Of a stretch of DNA of 46,666 nucleotides, positions 31,095-42,130 are shown one piece after another (the first letter of the stretch is position 1; every line of letters starts with the position of its first letter). The notes beneath the pieces were generated by a model. The model was not told the DNA's origin. It made no database searches and saw only the letters and a list, made by a program, of their open reading frames with translations. The DNA lies in assembly GCA_013416795.1 (NCBI GenBank), contig RQSC01000032.1, forward strand, positions 350,271 to 396,936, given 5' to 3'. Source of the DNA: Prasinococcaceae sp. CCMP 1430. Taxonomy: Eukaryota > Plantae > Prasinodermophyta. The position numbers were made by a program, and so were the translations under genes.

Positions 31095-31364
31095 AGCTCG
31101 CTCGCGCGTCTGTCATTCATCCCAACAAACACACATGTATTGCACTCACGCCGCCGCCATGCCCGCAGCTTGAGGCGCTGCAGTGGGCGCGCGACGCCAA
31201 GCTGTCTGCGTGCGCTTCGTCGCCGCGAGCACCGATGCATTTACCCCCAAAAAATATTGCACGCGCTGCCGGACGCACTCGCCCGCGCGCATGGCACGCG
31301 TGGTCTGCGCCAGGCGAAGGGCAGAGTGCACGATGCGCGAGGGGGTGCGCTCAACGGCTGTCCC

Positions 31365-32656
31365 TCAGTCGTCGATTGGATACCGCTTGACTACGCCTTT
31401 CCTGAGCGCGAGCTGCACCGCGAGCGTTTCGAAGCCGTAGCTCACGACGGCTGCAAACGCGAGCGCCGTGCGCACGCCGCCCTCGGACGTGCCCAGAGCT
31501 GCATCGCTGTAGGCTAGCGCACGCGCCGCCACGCACGCAAGCGGCACCAGCCGCGCGGTGGGCGACTCGATGTCGCGCCCCGCGGCAAGGCGGTACGCTG
31601 CGCCGAAGAGGCCTGACGAAACCAGCAGGGAGAACGCTGCCGAGCCGCCGTCGGGGAACAGCGCTGGCGAGGAGGCTGCCAGCGGCGCCAGCGCAGCCGC
31701 TCCGGCGGCGAACGCCACGCCGCCCGCCTTGCCGAACTCAACGAGCTCGTCGTCGCCGAGCGCCAGCAGTCCCGCGCCGGAGTCTAGCGCCTCCTTGGCG
31801 GCACGCGCCTCGGCGAGCTTCTGAGCGGCGTCGTTGGACTGAGCGGTCAGGTCCGCAACCTCCCTCGCGCGAGCGGCGGCCTCGGCCTCCGCGGCGGCGA
31901 CGCCCTCGTTGATGTCCTCCGCCTCTTTCGCCAGAGCCTTCGCTACCACCTCAGACTGCTCGAGAGCCTGGAGCTCCCCCTGCAGCATCTCGACACGCGC
32001 GGCCGCCTCCTGCTTGCGCTGTTCCTGTTCCGCTAGCGCCGCCAGGCTCTCATCGGAGAGCAGCGACTCCGCGAGCGCCTTCCCCGCGGCAGCGGCCTCG
32101 CCAGTGCGGATGACAGTATTGCCGTCGGCGTCGACCTCCGCCGACAGCGTTGCGGCCGCGGCCACGTCGCCGTCCGTCTTCGCGTCGCCCGCCGCATCCG
32201 AGGCACCCGCCACGCCTCCCGCCGCGCCCAGCGCGTCGAGCGCCGCCAGGGCGTCCTCGATGTCGCCATTCGACACGCCCCCCTGCGCGCTGCCCGTCTC
32301 CCCGCTCGCCCCGCCCGCCGCGCGTCTGCTGCCACGCGGCCGCCTCGCCCGCCGCCCCGCCCGCCCGGATCGCGGCCTTGCTGCTTTTTTTGCCTGCCTC
32401 CACCATAGCCTTCGGCGTCGGCGTCGGCGCCGCCGGCGGCCCGAACGGCGTCGATTGCTTCCCTCCAGGCAAAGTAGTTGCACTCCGCTTTGGCGCACGA
32501 GAAGTACTGTTTGCCCTTGTGCGCGCCCTCCTTCCAGACCGTCTTAAGCTGCGACTTGACCCCGCACTTGCAAAGAGGCGCATCGTCAGGGACGATCGCG
32601 CTCTCCCTCGCCTTGGCCTGTGGAGCGCGTGCGACGACGCGCCGGAGCCAGCGCGC
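31365..32656 (-). CDS. GRF zinc finger + coiled coil + C-terminal membrane domain (resembles an uncharacterised plant/cyanobacterial family); needs a -1 frame change; 5' end at N32657
   Basis: Frame A reads PLCKCG...KTVWKEG.HKGKQYFSC....CNYFAW (GRF). Frame B has an Ala/Glu coiled coil, then VEFGKAG, LFGAAYR.A..RD and G.VKRYP with hydrophobic helices. Confidence 0.7.
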
Positions 32657-32846
32657 NGGGGGGGAGGCGGTCGAGGAGAGGACGGGGTGAAGACGCGCGC
32701 GTTTGGGCGAGAAAGGGGGGCCGGTCAGCGAGCGAAGGAGCGTCACACAGCGCGCTGCGCTGCCGCGGCCCCAGGTTGCGGCGGAGTGGACAGCTGCGTC
32801 GCTGCTCGCGCGCAGGCGAGTAGACGCAGAGGGGCGAGAGGGGTGT

Positions 32847-32880
32847 GCGAGGTGCGAGGTTCGAGGTGCGAGGTGTGAGG
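32847..32880 (+). repeat. 7-mer tandem repeat (GCGAGGT), about 4.5 copies
   Basis: gcgaggt gcgaggt tcgaggt gcgaggt gtgagg. Confidence 0.7.
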
Positions 32881-32957
32881 GGAAGAGGGCAGCACGCGCG
32901 GTGCGAGTGCCAAGCACCACTGGACCCTGTGTGAAGAGTCCGCCCGGCGCGAGCAGG

Positions 32958-33891
32958 ATGGCCTACAAGCCGATGGCGGGCGCCCCGCTCCTGGGCGGCG
33001 GCGACGAGGAGGACCCTCTTGGCGCGCCCGGCCCGAGCGCCGCGTCAGTGTCCACGCCCGGTGCGATGGGGCAGTCGGCGAGGGGTCCATTCTCGCATGC
33101 CGGCACGTCACCCGGCCCTCCGGTCCTCACCCCGACCCCGCACGAGTCGCTGGCAGCAGCCGGCGAAGCGATGGTCGACACCGACCTCGCGCACGTCGTG
33201 CTCGACTCGTCCGATGCTTTGCTCGCCAGCTGGCGCACTTCTGCCACCTCGGGGGTCGAGTCGTTGCACGTGACACGCCGCCGAGTCGTCCTGCAATGCG
33301 CCCACTCGCGGCTCGGCGGGCTGTACAGCGAGCGCAAAACGACGTACGCCCGGCTGGAGGACGTGGGCACTATCGAGGTGACGAGCAGGCCTCTGCGCTG
33401 GGACAATGTGATGATTAGCGCCTTCGTGATTGGCATCATCACCTTCATAGTCACATACGTCGCCGACACGGACGATTCTCCCCACGACAAGTTCAGCGGC
33501 AACGACAGGTGCGTGCGCACACACTCTCGTGCCACGCGTAAGTGCACGCGCGATAGGAGCAGCACGGCGCTTGTGCGCGTGCGCACGACCCGTCGTGCGT
33601 TGCTGCGCGGGCGCGGACACTGACCGGCACGACTGTACGGGCGCCGTCTCCAGGTGGGACGCCCTTGCAAACACGACTGTGCTCGCAGCTGTCGCTGCCG
33701 TTCTGTGCCTCGCGGTGCAGCGCGTGTTGGCTGCACGCGCAAACCCAGTGTTGTCGATACGAGCGCGCGACGGCGGTGCGCCGCTCGTGTTCGCGCTCGG
33801 CACAGGTGCCTACGTCGGCGCCGCCAAGATCGAAGAGCGCATTCGCCGCACGCAGGCCGCCGCGCGAGGCGAGGCGGCGTCGCTGTTCTAG
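32958..33891 (+). CDS. Uncharacterised two-TM membrane protein; exons 32958-33508 and 33654-33891
   Basis: ATG32958. A GTGCGT...CAG intron joins two ORFs that each carry a hydrophobic helix. TGTAA lies at 33953. Confidence 0.7.
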
Positions 33892-34165
33892 CGAGGGCGT
33901 CGGCACGCACGTCACGACGGTCGTGCACACGAGCACCGCCCCGCCCAGGCCCTGTAAAGTAAATTGATCGAAAAATTGTCCCTGGTATCGTCGCGCGCGG
34001 CGCCGAACGGGCGCGGGGGTGCGGCGTCACGCGAAGGGGCGCGCGCGCGCGCGCGACACTCCGCGCGCCCGCAGCGCCTCCTGCGGTGGAGGGGGGGTTG
34101 TTGGGTTGAGCTCTTGGGTTCGGTGTGTGGGGGGTGGGTGGGGAGGAGGTGGAGGTGCGGGGGCG

Positions 34166-36368
34166 ATGGCACCGCTGACGGTGCTGACCGTCGCGACGGA
34201 CAGGCGTATGCGCGACGAGCGCGGGCGCGCGGCGCGCGCGGCCGGCAGCGCGGCCGAGCGCGCCGTGCGCGAGCAGGACCTCGCGGGGCTCGCCGCGCTC
34301 CGTGCGTCGTGCGGCGCGGCGGGCGCGCGGCTGGTGGTCCTCGGGGCCGGAGCGCCATTTGTGGGATTCGCCGACAAGATCCGCAGGCCGCTGAAACACC
34401 TCGAGGAGGAGCTCGGCGCGGGCAGACTCGCGCCCGACGCGCCTGTCGTTTTCGCAGACGTGCGTGCTGGCATGCGCGAGCACGCCCCCGTTTCCTCCCC
34501 CTCCCCGCGCGCGCCCGCCCGCCCCAGGCCCGCTCGTTCGCTCATCTACGCGCTCGGCATTGCACGCCGGGGCTGGCCGCATCTTCTCTTGCAAGAGTCG
34601 GCACGCTGACGACGTGTGGTTTCTCTCGCGCAAACCTGCGACGCAGGCTTTCGACTCCTTCCTCGCCACTGGCGCGGACGACGCTGCCCGAGCGCTGATG
34701 ACCTCCACGTCACGGGGCGCGGTGCTCTTCTCAGTGGAGCGGGAATGCTACCCGGACAAGTCGCTGGCTGCGGACTTCCCCGAGCCCTCGCGCGGGGCAC
34801 GTGCGGCGGCGGGCGGAAGATACAGGTACCTGAACGCCGGCGGCTACGGCGGGCGGGCATCTGACGTGCGTTCGCTCCTCAAGGCGGCGTGGGCGGACGC
34901 TGTGCGCTCCGGTGAAGGCACCTCTGCCGACGACCAACTGCTGTTCCAACGCAGGCTGCTCGCGCAGCATGCTGCCGGCGCGCTCGCACGCGGGGACAGC
35001 GACGCACACGCGGACGCGGATGCAGGCGCCCGCGACGACAGCTCGGTGCCGAGCATCGTGCTCGACTACGCGTGCACGATATTTCAAGCAAACGCCGGCG
35101 AGGACGTCAACGCCGCGACGGGCGAGCATGTGTTGCAAGTCGAGATCACCGCGAGTGGCGGCGTGGAGCTGGTCAACACGCTGACAGGCGCGCGACCGGC
35201 GCTGGTCCACTACAACGGCGGACCGCGCATGCGGATGGGCGCGTTGCGCCTGCTGCAGGAGATGCCATTCTGGCCACCCCGCCCGGAGCCCGAGCCGCGC
35301 GCAGACATAACGCGCTTGGCAGAGGCTGATGCTGCCGCTGCTTTGGTGGGCAAGGGCGTTGCAGACAACGAGCGCAAGATGGGCGTCGGGAAGATACGCA
35401 TGGCGATGAGCGAAGGTGCGGGGGCGAGCGCGATGGACGATGTCGACCACACCGACGACGAGGACTTCATCGTCGAGGCTGAGCCCAGTGCGGCGGACGA
35501 AAGCACCGCGAGGGCGCAGCCTCAGCCCCACGCGCGCGCGCACCAGCAGCAGCAGCACCGGCACCAGCAGCGCCAGCAGACCGCGTCCAGCGCCGCTGGA
35601 TCAGATCCTCATTCTGTCTCCGAACCGTCGGAGGCGCCAGATGCGCCCGCTTCTGAGCCCGCATCCATTGCTGAGGCGGCCGAGGAAGGCGTTCCTCACG
35701 ATGACGAGGCTACTCGCATCCTCGCGGCGGCAGCGGCGGCCGCCGACGCGGACGGCGAGGGTGGCTCGTGGCTCTTCCCCGCTACGGGCGCGCCGACGCC
35801 GCTAGCGGGATGCGGCAGCGTGGTACCAGGCTTCGATGCGAGTGCGGAGGGGAAGGCGGCGGATGCACCCACAGAGGCGCTCCTTATGTCCGCGCGCATG
35901 GACGACGTCAAGGGCATCATGACGGCGCTCGAGGAGGGCGCAGAGGTGGACTTCGAGTTCGGTACCAAGTACGGCGCCCCGGAGGGATACACTGCCCTCA
36001 TGTCGGCATGCGCGCGAGGAAGGCGCGCTGCGGCGCGCGCGCTGCTGCAGGCTGGCGCGGATCCAAACTTCGTCAACACATGGGGGGAGCTGGTCGTGTT
36101 CTGGGCCATTGACGGTGGCGAGAAGATGGTCGAGCTGCTGGTGGAGTTCGGCTGCGACCTGGACGACATCTCGCCCCGGGGATGGACGGCGCTCTCGTAC
36201 GCCGAGGCGTGCGGCAGCTACTCCAGGGTGTACGCCGACGTGCCGGGAGGGCCCTTGGGGGTTGTCATGAGGCTCGGTGCGACGCGCGTCGGCCTCGGCC
36301 CGCCTACGTTCGTCGCAGCGAGCGAGCAGCCGGACGAGTACCTGCAGGTGGCGATCGAGGGGCAGTAA
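34166..36368 (+). CDS. PLOD/LH3-type glycosyltransferase domain fused to C-terminal ankyrin repeats; exons 34166-34459 and 34647-36368
   Basis: LTVLTVAT, L.VLG.G, spliced VVFAD|AFD, LFSVERECYPD, YRYLNAGGYGG, DDQL, LDY...IFQ and P.LVHYNG. An acidic linker precedes the ankyrin motifs GYTALMSAC...LLQAGADPN and GWTALSYA. Confidence 0.85.
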
Positions 36369-36440
36369 GCAGCTCTTACAATCGGGGGGGAAAAAATGGT
36401 CGCGGCGCCCTCGCGCGCGCGTGCGGTCAGCAACGCTCGC

Positions 36441-37049
36441 CTACAGGCGCTCGAAACGTGGCCGCTCGGCCTCGAGCAGTTCGCTCTTGGGCTCGCTAGG
36501 CTTGTCCTCCTTTTTGCCAAAGCCCCAGAAGCTGCCGCCGAGCACGCTACCCCCCGCGTTGGCCGACGGCGCCACCTCCGCCGCTGGCAGCGCGTCGCCC
36601 CCAAGGCTGGCAGGACGCGTCGGCGGCGGCGCCTCCGGCACCGGCCCTTCGAGCTGCATTTGCTGCTGCTGCTGCGCGAGCGACGCGGTGAAGCGCGTCA
36701 ACATGATCCCCACGCCCTCGATGAGAGCCAGCAGCACGCCGCCCATCAGCGCGCTGCGTCCCGCCGCCGCTGCCCCTTGACGCAGCTGCAGGAACCCGCC
36801 GGTCAGGGCGCCCGCGCCGATCGAGTTCCACGGGTCCTCCTTCTTGCGCGCCCACACAAGCGCGCAGTCGAAGCTCGAGAAGAGGCCACCCCATACCGCG
36901 AAGCTGCCGCCGATGCGCGGCGCATTCAGGCGCAACGCCTCGCTCGCCCCCAGCAGCCGGCCACCCGCCGGCGAGTTGTACATGCCCTTGCCCAGGTGCC
37001 ACATGCCGCCGCCAACCGCACCCATGCCGAACGCACCGCCGATGTCGTC
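36441..37049 (-). CDS. TIM17: Mitochondrial import translocase subunit Tim17, last exon (first exon probably in gap 37220-37289)
   Basis: [45 protein letters not shown] and [16 protein letters not shown] acceptor lies at 37052-37050. Confidence 0.96.
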   Translation of the reverse strand, partial: DDIGGAFGMGAVGGGMWHLGKGMYNSPAGGRLLGASEALRLNAPRIGGSFAVWGGLFSSFDCALVWARKKEDPWNSIGAGALTGGFLQLRQGAAAAGRSALMGGVLLALIEGVGIMLTRFTASLAQQQQQMQLEGPVPEAPPPTRPASLGGDALPAAEVAPSANAGGSVLGGSFWGFGKKEDKPSEPKSELLEAERPRFERL

Positions 37050-37556
37050 CTGCACACAGACGGGCGCGGGTGGGGGCGGTGGGGGTGGGGGTGGGGTTGG
37101 GTGGGGGTGGGGGGCGAGTGCGGTCAGCGCTGATGCACGACAACAGAACAAGAAGCGGCAGCGGCTCCCCGCCCACGCAGCGCCCGCCCGCGCCGCTCGT
37201 GCGCCGCTCGCGCCCGCCANNNNNNNNNNNNNNNNNNNNNNNNNNNNNNNNNNNNNNNNNNNNNNNNNNNNNNNNNNNNNNNNNNNNNNGCCGCTGGCCG
37301 CCCGCTCGGCGCGTGTGTGGCGCCGCGCCGCGCGGGCGCGGCCCTGCTCTGCTCTCCGCGCCCCAAGGAACACCAAAACGAACACAAAACTCCGTCAATT
37401 GAACCATTCGCTGCCATTACTCACGCGCACAAAGCTCGCACGAATTCTCGAACCGCGAAAACGCCCGATCACGCGCGCCCCCGCGGCCCCCCCCGGCGGC
37501 CGCGCACCGCTGCTTGCCAGACAGAGCAGCGGCTCCCGCCTCTGCGTGCGGATCAA

Positions 37557-38231
37557 AAGCCCCGTCGAGAAGAGCAGCACCAGGACGAACTCGAAGTACT
37601 GGTCGATGGACCACAGAGACTCGACCGCGCCGTCCGCGTAGCTGATGAAGAAGTTGAGCGCCGCGGGCGTGAGGATGGCGTACGCGAAGCACACGCCGAC
37701 GTAGAATAGCACGCTCGATCCCAGCACGATCGGCCCCAGGAACTGGCGCTCCTTCACCGTCAGCCCAGGCACGATGTAGCTGATCGCCTCGTACAGGATC
37801 ACGGGCGAGCCCAGCAGGATGCCGCAGTAGCCCGCGGTCTTCAGGCTCGTGAAGACTGCGCGCGACCGGCCAAAGCGGGCAAGAGTCGGGTCGGGACAGG
37901 AGGCGGACGTGCGACGCCGCGCGGCGAGCCACCGGTCAGAGAATGCCAGGCACGGGCACGCAGACGCTCGCGCGCGCGCTCGAGGTCGCGCGCGCGCGCG
38001 CGCGCGCGCGACCGGGGGAAAGGGGGGGGGAGGGGAGCGAGGCGCGCCGCGCGCGCGCCTCGCGCGTTGCGAAAGCCGCACGTGCACGCGCACGCACAGA
38101 ACTCGCCCGGCGACAGCTGAAGGAAGCGCACGCCGGTGGTCAACACGGGCGCCTCCAGGAAGACGATGAGCGGCTTGGCGAACACAAAGCAGCCGCCCAT
38201 GGCGAGCACTGAGAAGAGCGCGGTGATGATG
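37557..38231 (-). pseudogene. tatC: Internal fragment of nuclear-encoded chloroplast TatC (exon parts 38231-38098 and 37855-37557)
   Basis: LIVFLEAPV...[12 protein letters not shown]|[12 protein letters not shown]...SPVILYE...[37 protein letters not shown]. Similarity stops abruptly at about 37557, and the 5' end is cut at N38232. GC-rich and intron-containing, so nuclear. Confidence 0.9.
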
Positions 38232-38269
38232 NGCGCCTGGCCGTCGCGACCGGCGCGGCGGCGGCGGCA

Positions 38270-40789
38270 ATGCGCGCGCTCTGGGAGGAGGATGAGCTCG
38301 TCGACGTTGAGCTTGTTGCCGACGTCGACGGCCGCGGCGCGCCGCCGCGCGTGCGAGCGCACCGCCTCGTGCTCGCCGCGCACTCGCGCTTCTTCCGCGC
38401 GCTCTTTGCGCCCGGGCGGTGGAGCCATGCGGGCGCGGCGGTGCGCGGGAGAGAGGGGGGCGGCAAGGGCGAGGGCGGCGAGGTCGAAGACGGCGAGGGC
38501 GGCTGCGGCCTTCGCCGCGTGCGAATGGGCGGCGTGTGCCCCGCCGCGCTGCGCGCCGTGGTCGCCGCGCTGTACACGGGCGCGCTCGAGCTCTGCGAGT
38601 GCGGCGAAGGCGCTGGCGCATCCGTCGCCGCGCCCTGCGCGTGCGGCGGGGCGTCGCTACAGCATGCGCTCGAGGCAGCCGACCAGCTCGGCCTGACAGC
38701 GGTGCATGAGGCGCTGGCGGCGTACATGCAGTCCGCGCTGTGCCCCGAGGGCTCGCTGGCGACGCTGGCGCTCTGCGATGCGCACGGCCTGGGCGCGAGC
38801 GAGCTGGCGCGCGAGGCGTGCGCGCTGGCACTGCGCTCCTTCTCGCGCGCCACCGAGGCCGAGGGCGCCGACGACGCGCTCGGCGAGCTGGAGCTCGAGC
38901 GCGTGCTGGCGATGCTAGGTGCGGACGACCTCGAGGCGTTCAGCGAGCAGCGCGTCCTCGACGTCGCGCAGCGCTGGGTGGCGCACGACGCCGCCGCGCG
39001 CGCGTGCAAGCTGCCCATGCTGCTGCGGGCGGTGCGTCTCGAGCTCTTACCCGCGGCGGCGCTCACGGACATCGCCGCAATGGTGGAGCGCGGCGAGGGC
39101 GTGTACGGCGCGCTGGCTGAGGCCGAGCACACCGAGTGCGCGCGCATCGTCTCGAGCGCCCTGGAGGAGACGCTCTCCAACTCGCTGTCGGGCGCATTGG
39201 CGCTGCTCGCCGACAAGTTCGAGGGCGCCGCGGGCGGCACGCGCGCGGGTGCGGCGGGCAGCTCGGCGAGAGATGCCGTCGGCGTGGGCAGTGCCGCGGG
39301 AGACGGCGGCGGCGGCGAGGGCGAGGGCGCTGCCGCGGACGCCGGCGCCGCTAGCGACTCGGCCGGCGATGGCGGCGCCAGCCCCACCTCGGAGGCGGCC
39401 CGCGGCGGCTCCGCAAGGATCTCCTGCGAGGCCGAGTGCCGCCCGGACTCGCTCGCGCGCGGCGCGGCGCGCCTGCGCTCGTTCTCAGAGTCAGCGGCCG
39501 CCTCGACGCGCCCGAGGCTCGTGGCGTCCACCGGCCTTATGGTCTTCGGCGGTTGGTCGTCCGCCACATCGCTGGCGCCCTCGGGCGAGGTGCTGCGCGC
39601 GCGCGTGAAGCGCAACGCGTACGTGCATGACCGCTCCTCCGATTCGGACTGCGACTGGGACTCGGATGCGACGCCCGCTTGCTACCACGGCGCGATGTTC
39701 GCCGACAGCGATGAGAGCGACGAGGAGCGCCTCTTCGAGCTCGCCGATGATACGCACGTCGACACAGCCGGTCGCGCGCCCTCGCCGCCCCACACGCCAG
39801 CCCACCACGCTGGAGTGGTTTCGGGGGGCGAGAGCGGCAGCGGGAGCGACGTGACCCCGCACACCCGCGCGCGCGCGCGCGCGCGCGCGCACGGCGGGCG
39901 ACGATGGCGCAGCTCTCGCCAGGGCGAACGCTCGCGCGCATGGCGGCGCGAGGAGGAATGGTGCGAGACGCCCCCCGCCGCCATCCAGCGCGCGTGCGCG
40001 GGCGCCATCGCCCTCGACGGTGGCTTCGTAGCGATCTTTGGCGGGTCACACGACGCGGGGGGGCTGGGCAGCCTGAGCAGCGCCGAACTGTACGACTCGC
40101 GCAACGTGACCTGCGCTTGGTCGCTGCTGCCCGACATGACCTGCGCTCGCAGCCGGCTTGGCGCCGCACGCGCCGGCCGGTCAGCGCTCGCGGTCGGCGG
40201 CTACGATCCCGTCACGCGTGTCTTCCACGGCCACGCGGAGATGCTCAGCCCGCCTTCGGCGCGCGGCAGGTGGGAGAGGCTGCCGTTCGAGCTCGCCGAG
40301 GCGCGCGCAAGCCTCGGTGCCGCGGTCGTGGCTGATTGCGCGCTCTATGCGGTGGGGGGCAGCTCTGCGCGCGGTGAGCTGTCCAGCGTCGAAGTGCTCG
40401 ACCTCGCATCCGATCGTGGCTGGCTGAGCGCGCCCGAGCTGAGCGTGGCGCGCGTCGGGGCCGCGGTGGCTGCCTCAGACGTGGCTTGTGCGACTGGCGG
40501 CGGGCGCATCTTCGCGGCGGGAGGCGCCTGTGGCCTGCCGCACCCGACTGCATCCGTCGACGTCCTCGACCCTCGCGAAGGACGATGGCTGGCACTACCG
40601 CCGATGAGCGTGGGAAGACTGGGAGCTGCTGCTGCTTGCCTGGGCAACGACGTCTTCGTGGCCGGTGGCGTCGGCGCCGAGGGCTATCTCGCCACCGTTG
40701 AGGTCTACGACGCGTGCGCAGGCAGGTGGAGGAGCGCGCCCGACATGTGCGCGCCGCGCAGTGGGGCGTGTGCGGTGGCCATATTGTGA
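38270..40789 (+). CDS. BTB-BACK-Kelch protein
   Basis: DVEL...RAHRLVLAAHSRFFRALF (BTB), L..DDL....EQ.V......WV.HD (BACK), and several GG...VE.YD...W kelch repeats. Confidence 0.92.
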   Translation: MRALWEEDELVDVELVADVDGRGAPPRVRAHRLVLAAHSRFFRALFAPGRWSHAGAAVRGREGGGKGEGGEVEDGEGGCGLRRVRMGGVCPAALRAVVAALYTGALELCECGEGAGASVAAPCACGGASLQHALEAADQLGLTAVHEALAAYMQSALCPEGSLATLALCDAHGLGASELAREACALALRSFSRATEAEGADDALGELELERVLAMLGADDLEAFSEQRVLDVAQRWVAHDAAARACKLPMLLRAVRLELLPAAALTDIAAMVERGEGVYGALAEAEHTECARIVSSALEETLSNSLSGALALLADKFEGAAGGTRAGAAGSSARDAVGVGSAAGDGGGGEGEGAAADAGAASDSAGDGGASPTSEAARGGSARISCEAECRPDSLARGAARLRSFSESAAASTRPRLVASTGLMVFGGWSSATSLAPSGEVLRARVKRNAYVHDRSSDSDCDWDSDATPACYHGAMFADSDESDEERLFELADDTHVDTAGRAPSPPHTPAHHAGVVSGGESGSGSDVTPHTRARARARAHGGRRWRSSRQGERSRAWRREEEWCETPPAAIQRACAGAIALDGGFVAIFGGSHDAGGLGSLSSAELYDSRNVTCAWSLLPDMTCARSRLGAARAGRSALAVGGYDPVTRVFHGHAEMLSPPSARGRWERLPFELAEARASLGAAVVADCALYAVGGSSARGELSSVEVLDLASDRGWLSAPELSVARVGAAVAASDVACATGGGRIFAAGGACGLPHPTASVDVLDPREGRWLALPPMSVGRLGAAAACLGNDVFVAGGVGAEGYLATVEVYDACAGRWRSAPDMCAPRSGACAVAIL

Positions 40790-40880
40790 CGGTGTCGATG
40801 GGACGAGTGGGTCCTCGCGCTGTAAGAGCGAATCTGACGGAACGAAATGTCCATTATATGATACAGCGGCCCGCGCGGCC

Positions 40881-41861
40881 TCATTTGCCCGCCGCGCGCC
40901 GCGTCTTCTTGATTGCGCCGTCCGCCGCCGCGCCTCCCCCCTTGACCTTTTTCTTTGTGGGCGTGGTCTCTCCCGCCGCAGCTGCGGCGCCCGCCTTGCG
41001 CTTGGACGCCTTCGCTTTGGCTTCGCCGTCCTCGGCCGCCGCCACATCGGCGGCGATAGCGCCCGCCTCCGGTGCCGCGCACCAGATGGGCAGCGCCACG
41101 CTGTCCTCGGTCTTGAGATAGATGGCCTGCAGTCCCTTCCACTTCTTGGGAATATGGCGCAGGCTCGCGTCGAGCGCGGCGACCGTGTTGGCGACGACGG
41201 CATCCTCCGTCCACGATGTGCGAGCGACCTTCACCATTGAGCACGACCCCCTTGACAAGTGCAGGTAGGCCGCATTGCGCGCAGCCTGGAACTGCTTGGA
41301 CCAGTCCTTCTTGCCCTCGAGGCGCACCGGGATGGGCTGCCTCTTCTTCTTGAAGAACTTGGAGCCAAGCAGTTTGGGGAGCACGCCCACCACGCGCTCG
41401 TCGCACAGGAACATGTCGTAGCGCGCGAGCAGCTGCCGGCGCTGCTCGAACTGCTTGTAGTCGCTCTTGAGCCTGCGGATGCCAATGATCTTGCTGACGC
41501 CGCACGCGCCCTCGCCCATCGCCGCCACCCGCTCCTCGAGCGCGGCGACGTTGGCGTCGGCGGTCGCGTTGGCTTGCTTCTTGTCGAGCGCCTTGCGCGT
41601 CTCAGCGGTGTCGTCCTTCACGATGAGGCATATCTCTGCATCCTCGGCGAGCAGCGAGCGCGGCACGGGCAGGGGAAGCGGCACGGTGCGCCCCTGCGGC
41701 GCCTTGCGCAGCGCGAGCACGAGGTTGACGCTCGCGCCGTCGTCCTCGCCGTCGAAGAGCGCCGCCTTGCCGCCGCCGGCCTGCCGCTCGGCGAACTCGA
41801 GCAGCGCGCGCGCCGCCTTGCGCGCCTGCGCGGCAACCTCCGCGCGCACGCCCTCGTCCAT
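40881..41861 (-). CDS. Ribosomal L1 domain-containing protein (RSL1D1/Cic1-like)
   Basis: ICLIVKD, LKSDYKQFEQRRQLL..YDMFLCDERV...LPKLLG.KFFKKKRQPIPV and IYLKT.DSVALPI, with a basic tail. Confidence 0.93.
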   Translation of the reverse strand: MDEGVRAEVAAQARKAARALLEFAERQAGGGKAALFDGEDDGASVNLVLALRKAPQGRTVPLPLPVPRSLLAEDAEICLIVKDDTAETRKALDKKQANATADANVAALEERVAAMGEGACGVSKIIGIRRLKSDYKQFEQRRQLLARYDMFLCDERVVGVLPKLLGSKFFKKKRQPIPVRLEGKKDWSKQFQAARNAAYLHLSRGSCSMVKVARTSWTEDAVVANTVAALDASLRHIPKKWKGLQAIYLKTEDSVALPIWCAAPEAGAIAADVAAAEDGEAKAKASKRKAGAAAAAGETTPTKKKVKGGGAAADGAIKKTRRAAGK

Positions 41862-42130
41862 GCCTCGCCGCCGGGACCGCGNAGGGCTCCTCGCGCTCGC
41901 TGCGGTGCGGGCAAGTCCTGCCAAACACTTGCTGCGCGAACGTGCCACCGAGCACGCCCGAGATAGGCGGCACGAAGCCCTTCGCCTCCCTCCCCCCGCG
42001 AGCTCGCGCTCGCTCGCGCTCGCTCTCGTGCCTCAGCCCTTCGCCTCTCTCGCCCCGCGAGCTAGCTCGCTAGCTCTCTCTCTCTCCCCCCCCCCACCAC
42101 CCCCGCTCTCTCTTGTGCGTGCGCGACGCC

